NCBI GenBank assembly: GCA_965206645.1
Contig: CBDBKE010000002.1
Location: 352,001 to 416,000 of the forward strand
Direction of reading: 5' to 3'
Length of the DNA: 64,000 bases
Origin: Terriglobia bacterium
Lineage (GTDB): Bacteria; Acidobacteriota; Terriglobia; JAJPHL01; JAPKYU01
Translations under genes and position numbers: made by a program
Part shown: positions 38,182 through 50,588 of the stretch, piece by piece
Layout of the letters: every line of letters starts with the position of its first letter
How positions within the stretch are numbered: the stretch's first letter is position 1
The notes under the pieces: model-generated
The model's database searches: none
Seen by the model: the letters and a program-made list of their open reading frames with translations, nothing else
Told to the model about the DNA's origin: nothing

Positions 38182-39981
38182 ATGCATCGCGAGTTAATCC
38201 GCAATTTCTCGATTATCGCCCACATCGACCACGGGAAATCCACGCTCGCCGACCGGCTGCTGGAATGGACAGGAGCCCTGAGCTCGCGCGAGATGGCCGA
38301 GCAAGTGCTGGACAGCATGGAGCTGGAGCGCGAACGCGGCATCACCATCAAGGCCCATGCGGTTCGTCTCAATTACCGGGCCCGCGACGGACAAATCTAT
38401 CAGCTCAACCTGATTGACACGCCGGGGCACGTGGACTTTACCTACGAGGTCTCGCGCAGCCTGGCCGCTTGCGAAGGAGCGTTGCTGGTGGTGGACGCCT
38501 CGCAAGGTGTGGAAGCGCAGACGCTTGCCAATACATTCCTGGCTCTGGAGCACAACCTGGAAATCATCCCGGTCATCAACAAGATTGACCTACCGGCGGC
38601 CGAACCAGAAAAAGTACGCGCGCAAGTGGAGCACTTGATTGGCTTGGCGGGCCACGAAGCTCTGCTCATCAGCGCCAAGCACGGAGGAGGGATCGAGGAG
38701 GTGCTGGAAGCGGTGGTGGCCCGCGTGCCTGCTCCCCGGGGCAATCCGCAAGACCCACTGCGTGCCCTGATTTTCGACTCCTGGTTCGACCCCTACCGCG
38801 GCGCAGTGGTGCTGGTGCGAATGAAGGAAGGGACCCTGCACTGCGGCCAGCGCATCCGGCTGTGGTCCAACGGGCAGGTCTTTACGGTTGAGGAATTGGG
38901 CGTGCTGACGCCTAAGCCCGTTGCGGTCACCCAACTCGGGCCGGGCGAGGTGGGACTGCTGGTGGCCAACATTAAGCGTGTGGCGGACACCAAGATTGGC
39001 GACACCGTCACCGAGGATCGGCGGCCTGCCGCCGCGCCCCTGCCCGGCTTCGACGAGGCCAAGCCGATGGTCTTTGCCGGGCTCTATCCGGTGGATGCCG
39101 ACCACCAGGAGCCCTTGCGCGATGCTCTGAACAAGCTGCGACTCAATGATTCCTCGTTCTTCTTCGAACCGGAGAGTTCGGAGGCGCTTGGCTTCGGATT
39201 CCGCTGCGGATTCCTGGGACTGTTGCACATGGAAATCGTGCAGGAGCGGTTGGAGCGCGAGTTCCACTTGGAGTTGATCACTACGGCTCCGGGTGTTCGC
39301 TACCGTGTGATCACTCACTCGGGCGAGATGCGCGAACTGGACAACCCCAGTCGGTTGCCGACGGTGCAAGAAATCGCTCAGATCGAGGAGCCCATTCTCA
39401 CTGCCACCATCATCACTCCCGACGAATACCTGGGAAACGTCCTGAAGCTGCTGGGAGAGAAACGTGGTGTGCAAAAGGGCTTCGAATACCTGGCGCCGGG
39501 GCGTGTCCTGCTGACCTATGAACTTCCCCTGAATGAGGTTGTGCTGGATTTCTACGACCGTTTGAAAACGGTTTCCCGCGGGTACGCCTCGCTCGACTAC
39601 CACCTCTCCGGCTACCGTGAGGCCCCGCTGGTGAAGCTGGACATCCTGGTGGCGGGCGAACCGGTGGACGCGCTTTCCACCGTCGTGCATCGCGATCGCG
39701 CCTATGCTCGCGGCAAGGCCCTGGTGGAAAAGATGAAAGAGCTGATCCCTCGTCAGTCATTCGAGGTCACCCTGCAAGCCGCCATCGGCAACCGGGTCAT
39801 CGCCCGGGAAACGGTGCGGGCGTTGCGAAAAAACGTGCTGGCCAAGTGCTACGGCGGAGACGTCACCCGTAAGAGGAAGCTGCTCGAGAGGCAGAAGGAA
39901 GGCAAGCGGCGGATGAAACGAGTGGGCCGCGTGGACATTCCCCAGGAAGCTTTCCTGGCGGTGCTGCGCGTCGAAACCTGA
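38182..39981 (+). CDS. lepA: Elongation factor 4
   Basis: [45 protein letters not shown]. Confidence 0.98.
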   Translation: MHRELIRNFSIIAHIDHGKSTLADRLLEWTGALSSREMAEQVLDSMELERERGITIKAHAVRLNYRARDGQIYQLNLIDTPGHVDFTYEVSRSLAACEGALLVVDASQGVEAQTLANTFLALEHNLEIIPVINKIDLPAAEPEKVRAQVEHLIGLAGHEALLISAKHGGGIEEVLEAVVARVPAPRGNPQDPLRALIFDSWFDPYRGAVVLVRMKEGTLHCGQRIRLWSNGQVFTVEELGVLTPKPVAVTQLGPGEVGLLVANIKRVADTKIGDTVTEDRRPAAAPLPGFDEAKPMVFAGLYPVDADHQEPLRDALNKLRLNDSSFFFEPESSEALGFGFRCGFLGLLHMEIVQERLEREFHLELITTAPGVRYRVITHSGEMRELDNPSRLPTVQEIAQIEEPILTATIITPDEYLGNVLKLLGEKRGVQKGFEYLAPGRVLLTYELPLNEVVLDFYDRLKTVSRGYASLDYHLSGYREAPLVKLDILVAGEPVDALSTVVHRDRAYARGKALVEKMKELIPRQSFEVTLQAAIGNRVIARETVRALRKNVLAKCYGGDVTRKRKLLERQKEGKRRMKRVGRVDIPQEAFLAVLRVET

Positions 39982-40016
39982 AACGATGGATTGGCAACCA
40001 AGACCTCAGGAGCCAG

Positions 40017-40142
40017 GAGAAGATGCTTATCAGCGAGTAGACCGTCAAGGACCACGTGCACAATATCTTCGACAAGCTCCGGGTTTCCGACCGTCCGGAG
40101 CTGGCGCTCTACGCAATTCAGAAGAAGCTAATCGAGTCCTAA
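40017..40142 (+). pseudogene. Degenerate LuxR-HTH 3' fragment, inverted copy of the end of 42700..43410
   Basis: EKMLISE*TVKDHVHNIFDKLRVSDRPELALYAIQKKL vs EKMFISEQTVKNHLHNIFDKLGVSDRLELALYAIHKKL. Confidence 0.8.
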
Positions 40143-40167
40143 GCCTAGTCCCGTCTTCACTTGCCTT

Positions 40168-41755
40168 GTGCCGCCAGTCGATCACAACCGGACGCATTGG
40201 CTCGCGCACGGAGAGTTTGTGACTTCCGGCGTAGCACGCGAGACGAAATGGAGCCTCTGGTACGATGACCAGTGTGAGGTCTGTCAGGCCGGCGTGGCGT
40301 GGTTGCGTTGGCTCAATCGACGGCAACGTTGTGGTGTGGTCGCAATCCCTCTTTCCAGCGTGTTGGCGAGCGATCCGGACGTAGCACCACCGGGCGTCCC
40401 CATGGAGGACCTTTTGCGCAACCTCCACGTGGCGGCGCCCAGCGGACAGGTCTTCGTGGGAGCCCCAGCCGTTGCGGCGCTCGCCCGCTTGTTCCCTCTA
40501 ACTTGGTTTGTCGGATGGCTGGCGAGCGTCCCAGGGGTCTCCGTAATTGCGGGATGGTTCTATCGATGGGTAGCGGCAAACAGATACAGCTTGAGCCGTT
40601 GCCGCGGCGGCGTATGCAGGAGCGTTGATCAAAATCTCGTCCGACAGGAGGCACCGTGGAGGGCATTCCAGATCTGCCGCCTCTTGGGATGGGGCATCGT
40701 CGCCCCTCTCAGTGCACTCCTCTACATTCGGCGTTTGGGATTCCAGTCAGTCACCTGGTGGCGCACCCGCAACCGTGTGGCGACGCTGCTTGGCGGTCGA
40801 CTCTCGATCTACTTTCTCCGGGGCGGAATCAGTTGGACGGTTTCCCTGCTGTTCGGCGAACTGTTCACCATGATCCGCTATCGCTCGCTCCTCGTCGATC
40901 CCGGAGGGACACGCATGCGGGGCTGCGTGGCACGCCACCTCGAAAGATCAAAGCACGAAATCAGATACGTGGTGGCAACGCACGCCCACGAAGAGCACGG
41001 CGGAAACCTCGAGCTGGCCGCCGGCGCCACCGGGGCGCGCGTCCGGGCCCATCCACGCACCTATCCCGATGTTGCTTGCGCCTCCGCGAATCCCCTTTAT
41101 GCGGAGGCTGGTCATTGGGCAACCCTGCGCGGTCCTCTCGCCCATCGAACCTTTGGCAGAGTGGCTTGCCCTGGGTCAAGAGGATTGCGATCTCGTTCAG
41201 GTCATTGAAACACCAGGCCACTGCGACGAACACGTCAGCTTCCACATCCCCCACGAAAGATTGTTGCTGGCCGGCGATGCGTTCATGGGCACGCACTTCT
41301 CGAGCCCAAACGAGGAGGTTGATCACCACGGCTGGATTGTGGCTCTGGAACGGCTGTTGCAGCTGGAGATCGAGATCATGATCGAGGCACACGGGCACGT
41401 GCACACCCTCCGCGAAGATGTCCTGCTCGAGCTGGAGCGAGCCGGATTCTCCTCGATCACCTCACGCCGGGATCCGAAGGAACTTCTGCGGCAGAAGCTT
41501 GAGTTCTTGCGGTGAGTGGGTGAGCAGATCGCGCTCGGCGAACGCGAGCGCCTTCCACGACAATGGATTCAGGCGACCGTCTTCCCCTGGACCCAGCGCT
41601 GGTCGTACGAATCGGCAATCGGCGATGCGCTTGCCGCTCTCCTCAGCAGCCGGGCGTTCGGCCGGCACAAGGTCGTGCGGAGCTTCCGCCCGCCGTCCGA
41701 TGAGCAAGAAGGACTTCCAAGGATCTACGAGCTTCGGTGGTCCGGACGACCCTAG
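40168..41755 (+). pseudogene. DCC1/DUF393-like thiol-disulfide domain fused to an MBL-fold hydrolase; frameshift near 41063 and in-frame TGA at 41513
   Basis: YDDQCEVC, YRWVAANRY; THAHEEHGG, TPGHC..H, LLAGD, AHG. Confidence 0.72.
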
Positions 41756-41930
41756 CGCTCAGTCGCTGACCAGGAGCCGGAAGGCTCCGGGCCACATTCT
41801 GACTCCTTGGGCAAGCCAACGAGCTCACGGGAACCGTCAGGATAGGGTGAAGGAATCGCCCAGGGCCCAGCGCAAGCCGTTCAGCAGGTGCGGAAGCGTC
41901 GGCTGGAGTGGGGCAGGCAAGGCGCCGCCG

Positions 41931-42659
41931 CTACTTGGCATCGCCCATGACCCAGCGCAGCCCGTTTAGCAGGAAGGTCCGGAGGCGTTCGCCGGCCCAG
42001 ATATCGGGCAGGTGCCCCGGCGCAGAGTAAAAAACCCGTCCCTGGCCATAGGTGCGCGTCCAGGCCACGCCGAAGTCTTTGTCGGTACGGTTAACTTCCT
42101 TGTTGTTCAAATCCACCGAATCGGTGTCCAGGCTGAGCAGCACGTGCACCTTGTCGCGTGACCAGTTTCGGAACTCGTAAATCTCGTCCTTGATGGCGAA
42201 CGCCTCGCCCATGTGCCGTGTGGCCGGGTGGTTCCGGTCTTCCACCTTCATGCGCACTTCGGGCCAGGCGCTTTCGCGGTCCAGCTCGTGCCAGGGATGC
42301 CCGTTGTAGTAGCCGCCGATCAGCTCTCCGTACGCTGGCCACCGGTAGAAGGTGTCGGTGGCGCTATGGAGGCCGGCAAGGCCTTTACCCCCGCGGACAA
42401 AATCCAGCAGCGCTTGCTTCTGCTCCTCGGAAATGGGCAGCTCCCCGCTCGTAAAGAACAACACCGCGTCATATTTCTTCAAGTTCTCTGCGGTGAGTAC
42501 GCTGCAGTCATCGGTGACCGTGGTCTCAAAGGCGCCGCTTTCCTCTCCGATTTGTTTCACGATCGGTCCGGTCTTGACCGCGCTCTCGTGCAGGTAGGTG
42601 AAGGCTAGATCTCCGGCAGCGCCGGGGGCCGCGTGATACAGATAGAGCAACCTGCGCAT
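41931..42659 (-). CDS. ThuA-domain protein
   Basis: FFTSGELP, G.HSATDT, GG....HPW, DEIY, GRVFY...GH. Confidence 0.85.
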   Translation of the reverse strand: MRRLLYLYHAAPGAAGDLAFTYLHESAVKTGPIVKQIGEESGAFETTVTDDCSVLTAENLKKYDAVLFFTSGELPISEEQKQALLDFVRGGKGLAGLHSATDTFYRWPAYGELIGGYYNGHPWHELDRESAWPEVRMKVEDRNHPATRHMGEAFAIKDEIYEFRNWSRDKVHVLLSLDTDSVDLNNKEVNRTDKDFGVAWTRTYGQGRVFYSAPGHLPDIWAGERLRTFLLNGLRWVMGDAK

Positions 42660-42699
42660 GGAAATTCCTCCGGAACGGACCGGGCTCGCCGGAACGGTG

Positions 42700-43410
42700 T
42701 TAGGCGACCGGATCGTTCAGCTTCTTGTGAATTGCGTAGAGCGCCAGCTCCAGACGGTCGGACACGCCCAGCTTGTCGAAGATATTGTGCAGGTGGTTCT
42801 TCACCGTCTGCTCGCTGATGAACATCTTCTCGGCAATTTCCTTGTTGCGGAAGCCCTGGCAGACGAGGCCGACAATTTCGCGCTCGCGCCCGCTGAGCAA
42901 GTTTTTGGGCTGTTCGCGAGGCGCTGGGGGAGGCTCGGAAAATTCGCGCAATACCGCTGCTGTCAGGCGGCTGTCCAGCCAGACTTCCCCGCCAGCCACC
43001 TTGCGGATGCTCTTGATCAGCATCTCCGTGGCGGACTGCTTCCGCACCACGCCAGCCGTTCCCAGCCTCACGGCCTCCACTACCTCCTCCTCCTGTTCGG
43101 AGGCGGTCAGCACGATGACCCGAGTGGTTTTCACCCGGTCGTGGATTTGTTCCAGCGCCGCCAGACCGTTCATCACGGGCATCTTCAGGTCCAGCAGCAG
43201 GATGTCAGGCTGCAGCTTCTTGACCAACTCGACGGTCTGCTGCCCGTCCTCGGCCTCTCCGATGACGTCCAGGTCTCGCTCCAGGCTCAGGAGTTTCTTC
43301 AGGCCATCACGGAAGATGGCGTGGTCGTCAGCGACGATGCGTATCTTCTTTTTATCTTTGGCCCGGCTACGAGACGAGGTTTTCGCTGTGGGCACGAGAG
43401 CTCCCGGCAC
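42700..43410 (-). CDS. NarL/LuxR-family response regulator
   Basis: ADDH, LLDLKMP, LSGREREI...NKEIA...TVKNHL.NIF.KL. Confidence 0.93.
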   Translation of the reverse strand: MPGALVPTAKTSSRSRAKDKKKIRIVADDHAIFRDGLKKLLSLERDLDVIGEAEDGQQTVELVKKLQPDILLLDLKMPVMNGLAALEQIHDRVKTTRVIVLTASEQEEEVVEAVRLGTAGVVRKQSATEMLIKSIRKVAGGEVWLDSRLTAAVLREFSEPPPAPREQPKNLLSGREREIVGLVCQGFRNKEIAEKMFISEQTVKNHLHNIFDKLGVSDRLELALYAIHKKLNDPVA

Positions 43411-43559
43411 TAACCCCTTTGCCGTTTTCTGCGTTCTGGCCTGCTCCGTCCGTCTTCACCGCGGTTCCTATTCTAGATAGGGGCAGTGCAGGTGTCAACG
43501 CCGCGCGTGCGTGCGTGCACACGAGGTACCCAATTTGGAACTCAGGCCCGATTTTGAAG

Positions 43560-44825
43560 TCAGGCGTAGATGCCGCGCAACCTCACAGCGAAGGCCACGC
43601 GGTCCATCGCCAGCATGTGGGCGGCGATGCGCATACTGACTTGATATCTTTCCACGTAGCTGTCCACGTCGTGGAAGGCGCTGCGCATGATGTGCTCCAG
43701 CCGCTCACTCACCATCTTCTCGGTCCAGAAGTAGCCCTGCCGGTCCTGCACCCATTCGAAATAGGAAACGGTGACGCCGCCGGCGTTGGCCAAGATGTCC
43801 GGCACCACGAAGATCCGCTTTCCCCGCAGGATTTCGTCTGCCAGCGGAGTGGTAGGCCCATTGGCGCCCTCGATGACGACTCGGGTGCGCAGCCGGTCGG
43901 CGTTGTGCGAAGTGATCTGGTTCTCGACAGCCGCCGGCAACAGCACATCGCACTCATGGGTGAGAAGCACGTGCGGCTCCACTGGCTCGGCCTCGGGAAA
44001 ACCAGCCAACGTCCCCTGTTCCTCGCGGTGGCGGGCCAGCGCCGGGATGTCCAGCCCGTGTCGGTTGTAGACCGCCGCGTCAGCCTCGGCGATGCCGACA
44101 ATCTTGTACCCGGCCTGATGCATTAGACGCGCTGCCTGACCTCCGACGTTGCCGAAACCCTGGATGATGACGCGGGCATTCTGGCGGTCCAGTCCCAGCT
44201 TCTGCAACGCCTCGTCGCAGACAATCATGCAGCCGCGGCCGGTAGCCTGGCGCCGCCCTCGCGAACCTCCCAGGACCAGCGGCTTGCCAGTGACCACCGC
44301 GGTCACCGTTTGACGCGCGTGCATCGAGTAGGTGTCCATGATCCAGGCCATCACCTGCTCGTCGGTGTTCACGTCCGGAGCGGGCACGTCCCGCTCCGGG
44401 CCCATATAATCCAGCAACTCGGCCGTGTACCGCCGGGTGATTCGCTCCAGTTCCCCGCTGGAAAGCAGATGCGGGTCGCACACCACGCCTCCCTTAGCGC
44501 CTCCGAAGGGAATGTTGACCACGGCGCACTTCCAGGTCATCCAGGACGCCAGGGCGCGCATCTCATCCAGGGTCACATCTGGTGCAAACCGGATGCCGCC
44601 TTTGGCCGGGCCGCGGGCAATGGAGTGCTGTACTCGGAAGCCGGTGAACACCTCCAGACGCCCGTCGTCCATTTGCACCGGGATGTGGACGATAATCTCG
44701 CGGTTGGGTTGCCGAAGGAACTTCACCAGACCGCCGTCCAGCTTGAGCCGTCGCGCGGCTTCATGGAAGCGAGCGGCCTGCGCCTCCCAGGGGTTCGTCT
44801 CTTGTTCCAGGGAAATGGTGGCCAT
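43560..44825 (-). CDS. gdhA: Glu/Leu/Phe/Val dehydrogenase (glutamate dehydrogenase)
   Basis: [43 protein letters not shown]. Confidence 0.92.
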   Translation of the reverse strand: MATISLEQETNPWEAQAARFHEAARRLKLDGGLVKFLRQPNREIIVHIPVQMDDGRLEVFTGFRVQHSIARGPAKGGIRFAPDVTLDEMRALASWMTWKCAVVNIPFGGAKGGVVCDPHLLSSGELERITRRYTAELLDYMGPERDVPAPDVNTDEQVMAWIMDTYSMHARQTVTAVVTGKPLVLGGSRGRRQATGRGCMIVCDEALQKLGLDRQNARVIIQGFGNVGGQAARLMHQAGYKIVGIAEADAAVYNRHGLDIPALARHREEQGTLAGFPEAEPVEPHVLLTHECDVLLPAAVENQITSHNADRLRTRVVIEGANGPTTPLADEILRGKRIFVVPDILANAGGVTVSYFEWVQDRQGYFWTEKMVSERLEHIMRSAFHDVDSYVERYQVSMRIAAHMLAMDRVAFAVRLRGIYA

Positions 44826-44930
44826 GCTGCCTCCACGCCAGAGGGAGTCCAGAACCAGTATACCCTTCTGCTTGCCAGCGAAGAGCCAGACCGGCTTCCC
44901 TCGTCGTTCGGACTTGACGGGGGAATGGCC

Positions 44931-44968
44931 GTTGTGTAATTATTCACTCTGGCGTATAATTATTCATT
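44931..44968 (+). promoter_or_regulatory. Tandem ARG boxes (ArgR operator) at the arg promoter
   Basis: TGTGTAATTATTCA (44933) and CGTATAATTATTCA (44953), 20-bp period; TTGACG at 44914. Confidence 0.75.
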
Positions 44969-44982
44969 CGGAGCGACACGCC

Positions 44983-45969
44983 GTGCGACAAGATCCCGCC
45001 CCCGCTGTTTCGGGTGCCTCGCCTCCCCCAGTTCCAGCGGCGGTTCCGGTGCAGGTTCCGGCCCACCTGATCCGCGATGACGACCTGAGCCCGGCGACCG
45101 TCGCCGAACTGTTCCGACTGGCCGCCGCTGTCAAGGCCGAGCCGCGCCGCTACGCCGGCGCGCTGGAAGGGCGGTCGCTGGCAGTGATCTTTGAGAAGCG
45201 CTCCCTGCGCACCCGCTTCACCTTCGAGCTGGGCATGAAGATGCTGGGCGGCAAGAGTGTGTTCATGGACACGGGGCAACAGCGCATCCTCGACCGTGAG
45301 CCGGTTTGTGACGTGGCACGCAACCTGGCTCGCTGGGTGGACGCCGTGGCCCTTCGTACCTTCTCCCACGCCACAGTGGAGGAGTTCGCCCGCTTCTCCT
45401 CGGTGCCGATCATCAACGGCCTGAGCGAGGTGTTCCACCCCTGCCAGTCGCTCACCGACTACTTCACCCTGCGAGAGATTTTCGGCGACCTGAGCCAGTC
45501 GCGCCTGGGGTTCGTCGGAGATGGCAACAACGTGGCGCATTCACTGCTGCTGTGCGGGGCGCTGGCCGGCGCCCAGCTCCGCGTGGCCACTCCGGAGGCC
45601 TACGCGCCACATCCCGACATTGTGGCCCGGGCGCAGGAGCTGGCATCGGGCACCGGCGCGCGGCTGGAAGTTGGGCGCGTCGCCGAAGAAGCCGTCGAAG
45701 GTGCACACGCCGTCTACAGCGACGTTTGGGCCAGCATGGGCTTCGAGCAGGAGGCCGACGAGCGCGCCCGTGTCTTCGCTCCGTACCGCGTAACCCCCGA
45801 GCTGTTTGCCCGTGCCCGACCCGATGCCGTCTTCATGCATTGTTTGCCGGCCCATCGCGGCGAGGAGGTGTCGGAAGAAGTCATCGAATCGCCACGCTCC
45901 GCGGTGTTCGACCAGGCGGAAAACCGCCTGCACATGGCCAAGGCTATCCTGCTGATGTTTCTGGCCTGA
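44983..45969 (+). CDS. argF: Ornithine carbamoyltransferase
   Basis: FEKRSLRT, HPCQ, GDGNNV, DVWASMG, HCLPAHRGEE; GTG start after GGAG. Confidence 0.93.
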   Translation: MRQDPAPAVSGASPPPVPAAVPVQVPAHLIRDDDLSPATVAELFRLAAAVKAEPRRYAGALEGRSLAVIFEKRSLRTRFTFELGMKMLGGKSVFMDTGQQRILDREPVCDVARNLARWVDAVALRTFSHATVEEFARFSSVPIINGLSEVFHPCQSLTDYFTLREIFGDLSQSRLGFVGDGNNVAHSLLLCGALAGAQLRVATPEAYAPHPDIVARAQELASGTGARLEVGRVAEEAVEGAHAVYSDVWASMGFEQEADERARVFAPYRVTPELFARARPDAVFMHCLPAHRGEEVSEEVIESPRSAVFDQAENRLHMAKAILLMFLA

Positions 45970-45993
45970 TGTTTCTGACCTGATGTTTCTGGC
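45952..45993. repeat. Triplicated argF 3' end with 14-bp period
   Basis: CTGATGTTTCTG at 45952, 45966 and 45980. Confidence 0.85.
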
Positions 45994-46044
45994 CAGGTAG
46001 CGCTCAGGAGGGCGCTGGCCTGGGCTAACAACCGAGACTATTCG

Positions 46045-47279
<1,235 letters not shown>

Positions 47280-47283
<4 letters not shown>

Positions 47284-48731
47284 AACTGTGGGGTGGACGA
47301 TTCGACCGGACCCGGATGCGCGCCGATCAGGCGCAGCAGTTTGAGGACTTCTCCCGATCGCTGGCCTTCGATCGCAGGCTGTTTTCCGCCGACCTGGAGG
47401 GCACTCGGGCCTGGGCGCGTGCGCTCCAGCGGCTGGGCATTTATTCTGCCAAAGAGGGCGAGCGGGTTGCGGCGGCGTTGGACAGCCTGGCTACCGAGGA
47501 GCGCGAGAATCCAAACTTCTTCAATGAAGCTAAGGACGAAGACGTGCATACGCTGGTGATCCGCAAGATGGCCGAGCGCGCCGGGGACGAGCTGGCCGAT
47601 CGCCTGCACACCGGCCGCAGCCGCAACGAACAGGTGTCACTGGACCTGCGCATCTGGTTGAAGGAGGAACTCCGGGCCACGCTGGGGGCGCTGGACCGTC
47701 TGCTGGAGGCTTTGCTGAAACAAGCCGAACGCGCGCCGAACGTGGTTCTGCCCGGCTACACGCACCTGCGCCGCGCGCAACCGGTGCTGTGGTCGCACTA
47801 CCTGCTGGCCTATTTCGAGATGCTGGCCCGCGACCGGCGCCGCCTGGAGCGCTGCTACGAAGCTGCTGACGTGATGCCGCTGGGCAGCGGCGCCCTGGCC
47901 GGCAGCGGCCTGCCGGTGGACCGCCGGGCCCTGGCTCGCGACCTTGGCTTCGCCGCTCTTACCGCCAACAGCCTGGATGCCGCGTCGGACCGCGATTTCC
48001 TACTGGAGTTTCTCTCCGCCGCCTCCTGTGTGCTGCTGCACCTGAGCCGGCTGGCCGAGGACTGGATTCTCTATTCCAGCGACGAATTCAGCTTCTTGGA
48101 TCTGGCTGAGGAAGTTACCAGCGGCAGCAGCCTGATGCCCCAGAAGAAAAATCCCGATTCGCTGGAATTGATTCGCGGCAAAACCGGCCGCGTGCTGGGC
48201 CACTTGGTGGCCCTGGCGATGGTGCTGAAAGGGCTGCCGCTCAGCTACAACCGCGACCTGCAGGAAGACAAGGAACCTGTGTTCGACACCGCCGACGAGT
48301 TGCAGGGCGCGCTGGAGATGGCGGCGACGGTGGTAGCCACCGTCACCCCGCGCCCGAAAGCGATGAAGGCCGCCGCCGTGGGCGGCTGGTCGTGCGCCAC
48401 CGACCTGGCTGAGTACCTGGCGCTGCGGGGCGTTCCCTTTCGCCAGGCCCACCAGACGGTGGGCCGCATCGTCCGCATCGGCCTGGCGCGGGGCCGTCCC
48501 CCGGAGCGTTGGCGCCTGAGCGAGCTGCGGAAGTTTCATCCGGCCTTCCGAAAGGATGTGTTGCCTCTGCTGAAGGATGCCCGTGGCATCGCTCGCCGCG
48601 AGGTGCCCGGTGGCACCGGCCGACGGGCCGTGGCCCGGGCCCTGGGCCAGGCCCGTCGGCGCCTGGTCTCCTGGAAAAGGGAGCAAGTGAAAGGTGGTAG
48701 GCAGTCGGCAGGAACCGGCGGGAGACCCTGA
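47280..48731 (+). CDS. argH: Argininosuccinate lyase
   Basis: [27 protein letters not shown]; ATGA overlap with argG. Confidence 0.96.
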
Positions 48732-48737
48732 CGCCTG

Positions 48738-49241
48738 ATGAACAAGCATTACCGACAGGAACAGATTCTAAAGCTGGCGCGGTCCCAGGCGATTCACACA
48801 CAGGAAGACCTGGCCGACAAGCTCCACCGTATGGGAATCCGCACCACTCAGGTGACCCTGTCGCGGGACGTTCACGAACTAGGGTTGGCCAAGACCGCCG
48901 GGGGGTATAAGGAAGTGGGACCGCTGGCTTCTCAGCACCCGGCCCCTGTCTTGCCCGCCTCCTCGGTCCGCCGAAACGAGTTCCGTCCTGACTCAGTCGG
49001 CACTCGCCACCTGCGGCGTATCGCCGGGGAAGTACTGCGCGATGTGCGCCAGGCGCAGAACCTGCTGGTGCTGCGCACCAACCCCGGCAACGCCCAGCCG
49101 CTGGCGCTGGCTCTGGACCAGGAAAACTGGCCGGAGATTGTGGGTACCATTGCCGGGGACGACACTGTGCTGGTGGTCTGCTCTTCAAAGAAAATGGCGG
49201 CCAACGCTCGGGGCAACCTCCTGGCATTGATCCCCCACTGA
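48738..49241 (+). CDS. argR: Arginine repressor
   Basis: TQ.TLSRD, GTIAGDDT. Confidence 0.94.
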   Translation: MNKHYRQEQILKLARSQAIHTQEDLADKLHRMGIRTTQVTLSRDVHELGLAKTAGGYKEVGPLASQHPAPVLPASSVRRNEFRPDSVGTRHLRRIAGEVLRDVRQAQNLLVLRTNPGNAQPLALALDQENWPEIVGTIAGDDTVLVVCSSKKMAANARGNLLALIPH

Positions 49242-49391
49242 TTCCCAGTTCCCATGGTGCAACGGCAGGATGAGTACACCTAACGCTCCGCGATGCTGGC
49301 TCTTATATGGTTCAAATGAGCGCTCGCGAGCACTACTAGTTCAAAAAGGTCCTGCGAAAGCGCTAGCCTGCGCGCAAGGTGCCGAAGAGCG

Positions 49392-50003
49392 ATGCCGGAA
49401 GTTTTATCGGTGAGCGGATTTGTGCTGGTTGGGGGCCGGAGCCGGCGCATGGGACAGGACAAAGCTCTGCTTCCATTCCAGGGCCGGCCGCTTTTCCACC
49501 ATGCGGTGGAGTTGCTCCGCCCGCACGCGGCGCAAGTCACCCTGCTGGGTCCTCCGGCGCGCTACGGCGACTTTGGAATCCCGGTTCTTCCGGACCGACG
49601 TCCCGGACGGGGACCGCTCGAGGCGCTCTGCACGGGACTGGAAAGCTCACCCTGCGAGTGGAACATCTTCTTGGCCTGTGACCTGCCATTTCTCGAAGGC
49701 CGTTTCGTGCAATTCCTGATCGAGCAGGCTCTGGCATCGGAAGCGCAGGCCGTGGTTCCGCGAACGGCCGACGGGTGGCAACCGCTCTGCGCCGCCTACC
49801 ACCGCGGCTGCCTCCCTGTTCTGCAGCAGGGTCTCGAGGAGGAACCTGCGGGAATTGTGGGCCGGCTCGCCCAGCTCCGCGTGCAGGTTCTGGCACCCGA
49901 CCAATTGCTTCAGTTTGGTTTTCCCCTGCGGATGTTCAAGAATATCAATACGGCCCAGGATTGGGGGGAAGTCCAACGAGAGTTGGAGACGAGGGCGAAA
50001 TGA
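49392..50003 (+). CDS. mobA: Molybdenum cofactor guanylyltransferase
   Basis: GGRSRRMGQDKA, GPL, ACDLP, PLCAAY, NINT..D. Confidence 0.9.
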   Translation: MPEVLSVSGFVLVGGRSRRMGQDKALLPFQGRPLFHHAVELLRPHAAQVTLLGPPARYGDFGIPVLPDRRPGRGPLEALCTGLESSPCEWNIFLACDLPFLEGRFVQFLIEQALASEAQAVVPRTADGWQPLCAAYHRGCLPVLQQGLEEEPAGIVGRLAQLRVQVLAPDQLLQFGFPLRMFKNINTAQDWGEVQRELETRAK

Positions 50004-50572
50004 AGAGCCTGGAGGAGTACATACAGGCGGCAGCCAAAGACGGGGACACACGTTCCGGGATCATCCAGGGCATCCGCATGGCCATGATCGCGCTGAAGGA
50101 ACTGGGCATTGAGGAGCCAAAGCAGACCCACAGGTCACTCATTGCGTTTGTGGAGGTCGACCGCTGCCTGCCCGATGCCGTCGGGCTCGTCACCGGCTGC
50201 CGCCTCGGCAACCGCACCCTGAAGTTTAAGGACCTGGGGAAGATGGCGGCCACTTTCCTGGACCTGCGGACGGAGCGGGCCATCCGCATCGCTGCCCGGG
50301 AGAGCGCTAACGAACGCGCGCGGGAGATCTTCCCGGACCTGGAGAAGGAAGAAGCTTTGCGACGTGCCTATCGGGAACTTTCCGACGAGGAGATGTTCAC
50401 CCGGCAGTGGGTCCGCGCAAGCCTTCCGGCAGAAGAGCGCCCCGGATATCGCGCGCCGCGTGTCCTCTGCACCGAATGTGGCGAAGGAATTAACTTCGGC
50501 CGCGAAATCCTGCGCGACGGGCGCGCCCTGTGCCTGGCCTGCGCCGGCCAGGGATATTTCGAGCCGCTCTAG
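50000..50572 (+). CDS. FmdE-family protein with C-terminal Zn finger
   Basis: ATG 50000; VEVDRCLPDA....GC.LG, GKMAATF, C..CGE...C..C. Confidence 0.82.
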   Translation: MKSLEEYIQAAAKDGDTRSGIIQGIRMAMIALKELGIEEPKQTHRSLIAFVEVDRCLPDAVGLVTGCRLGNRTLKFKDLGKMAATFLDLRTERAIRIAARESANERAREIFPDLEKEEALRRAYRELSDEEMFTRQWVRASLPAEERPGYRAPRVLCTECGEGINFGREILRDGRALCLACAGQGYFEPL

Positions 50573-50588
50573 CCGCGGCAGCTCTTAA

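Noticed and set aside
45190-45215. SLRT motif suggesting acetyl- or succinyl-ornithine transcarbamylase
   Set aside because: DVWASMG and HCLPAHRGEE are OTC-type, and the operon context fits argF.
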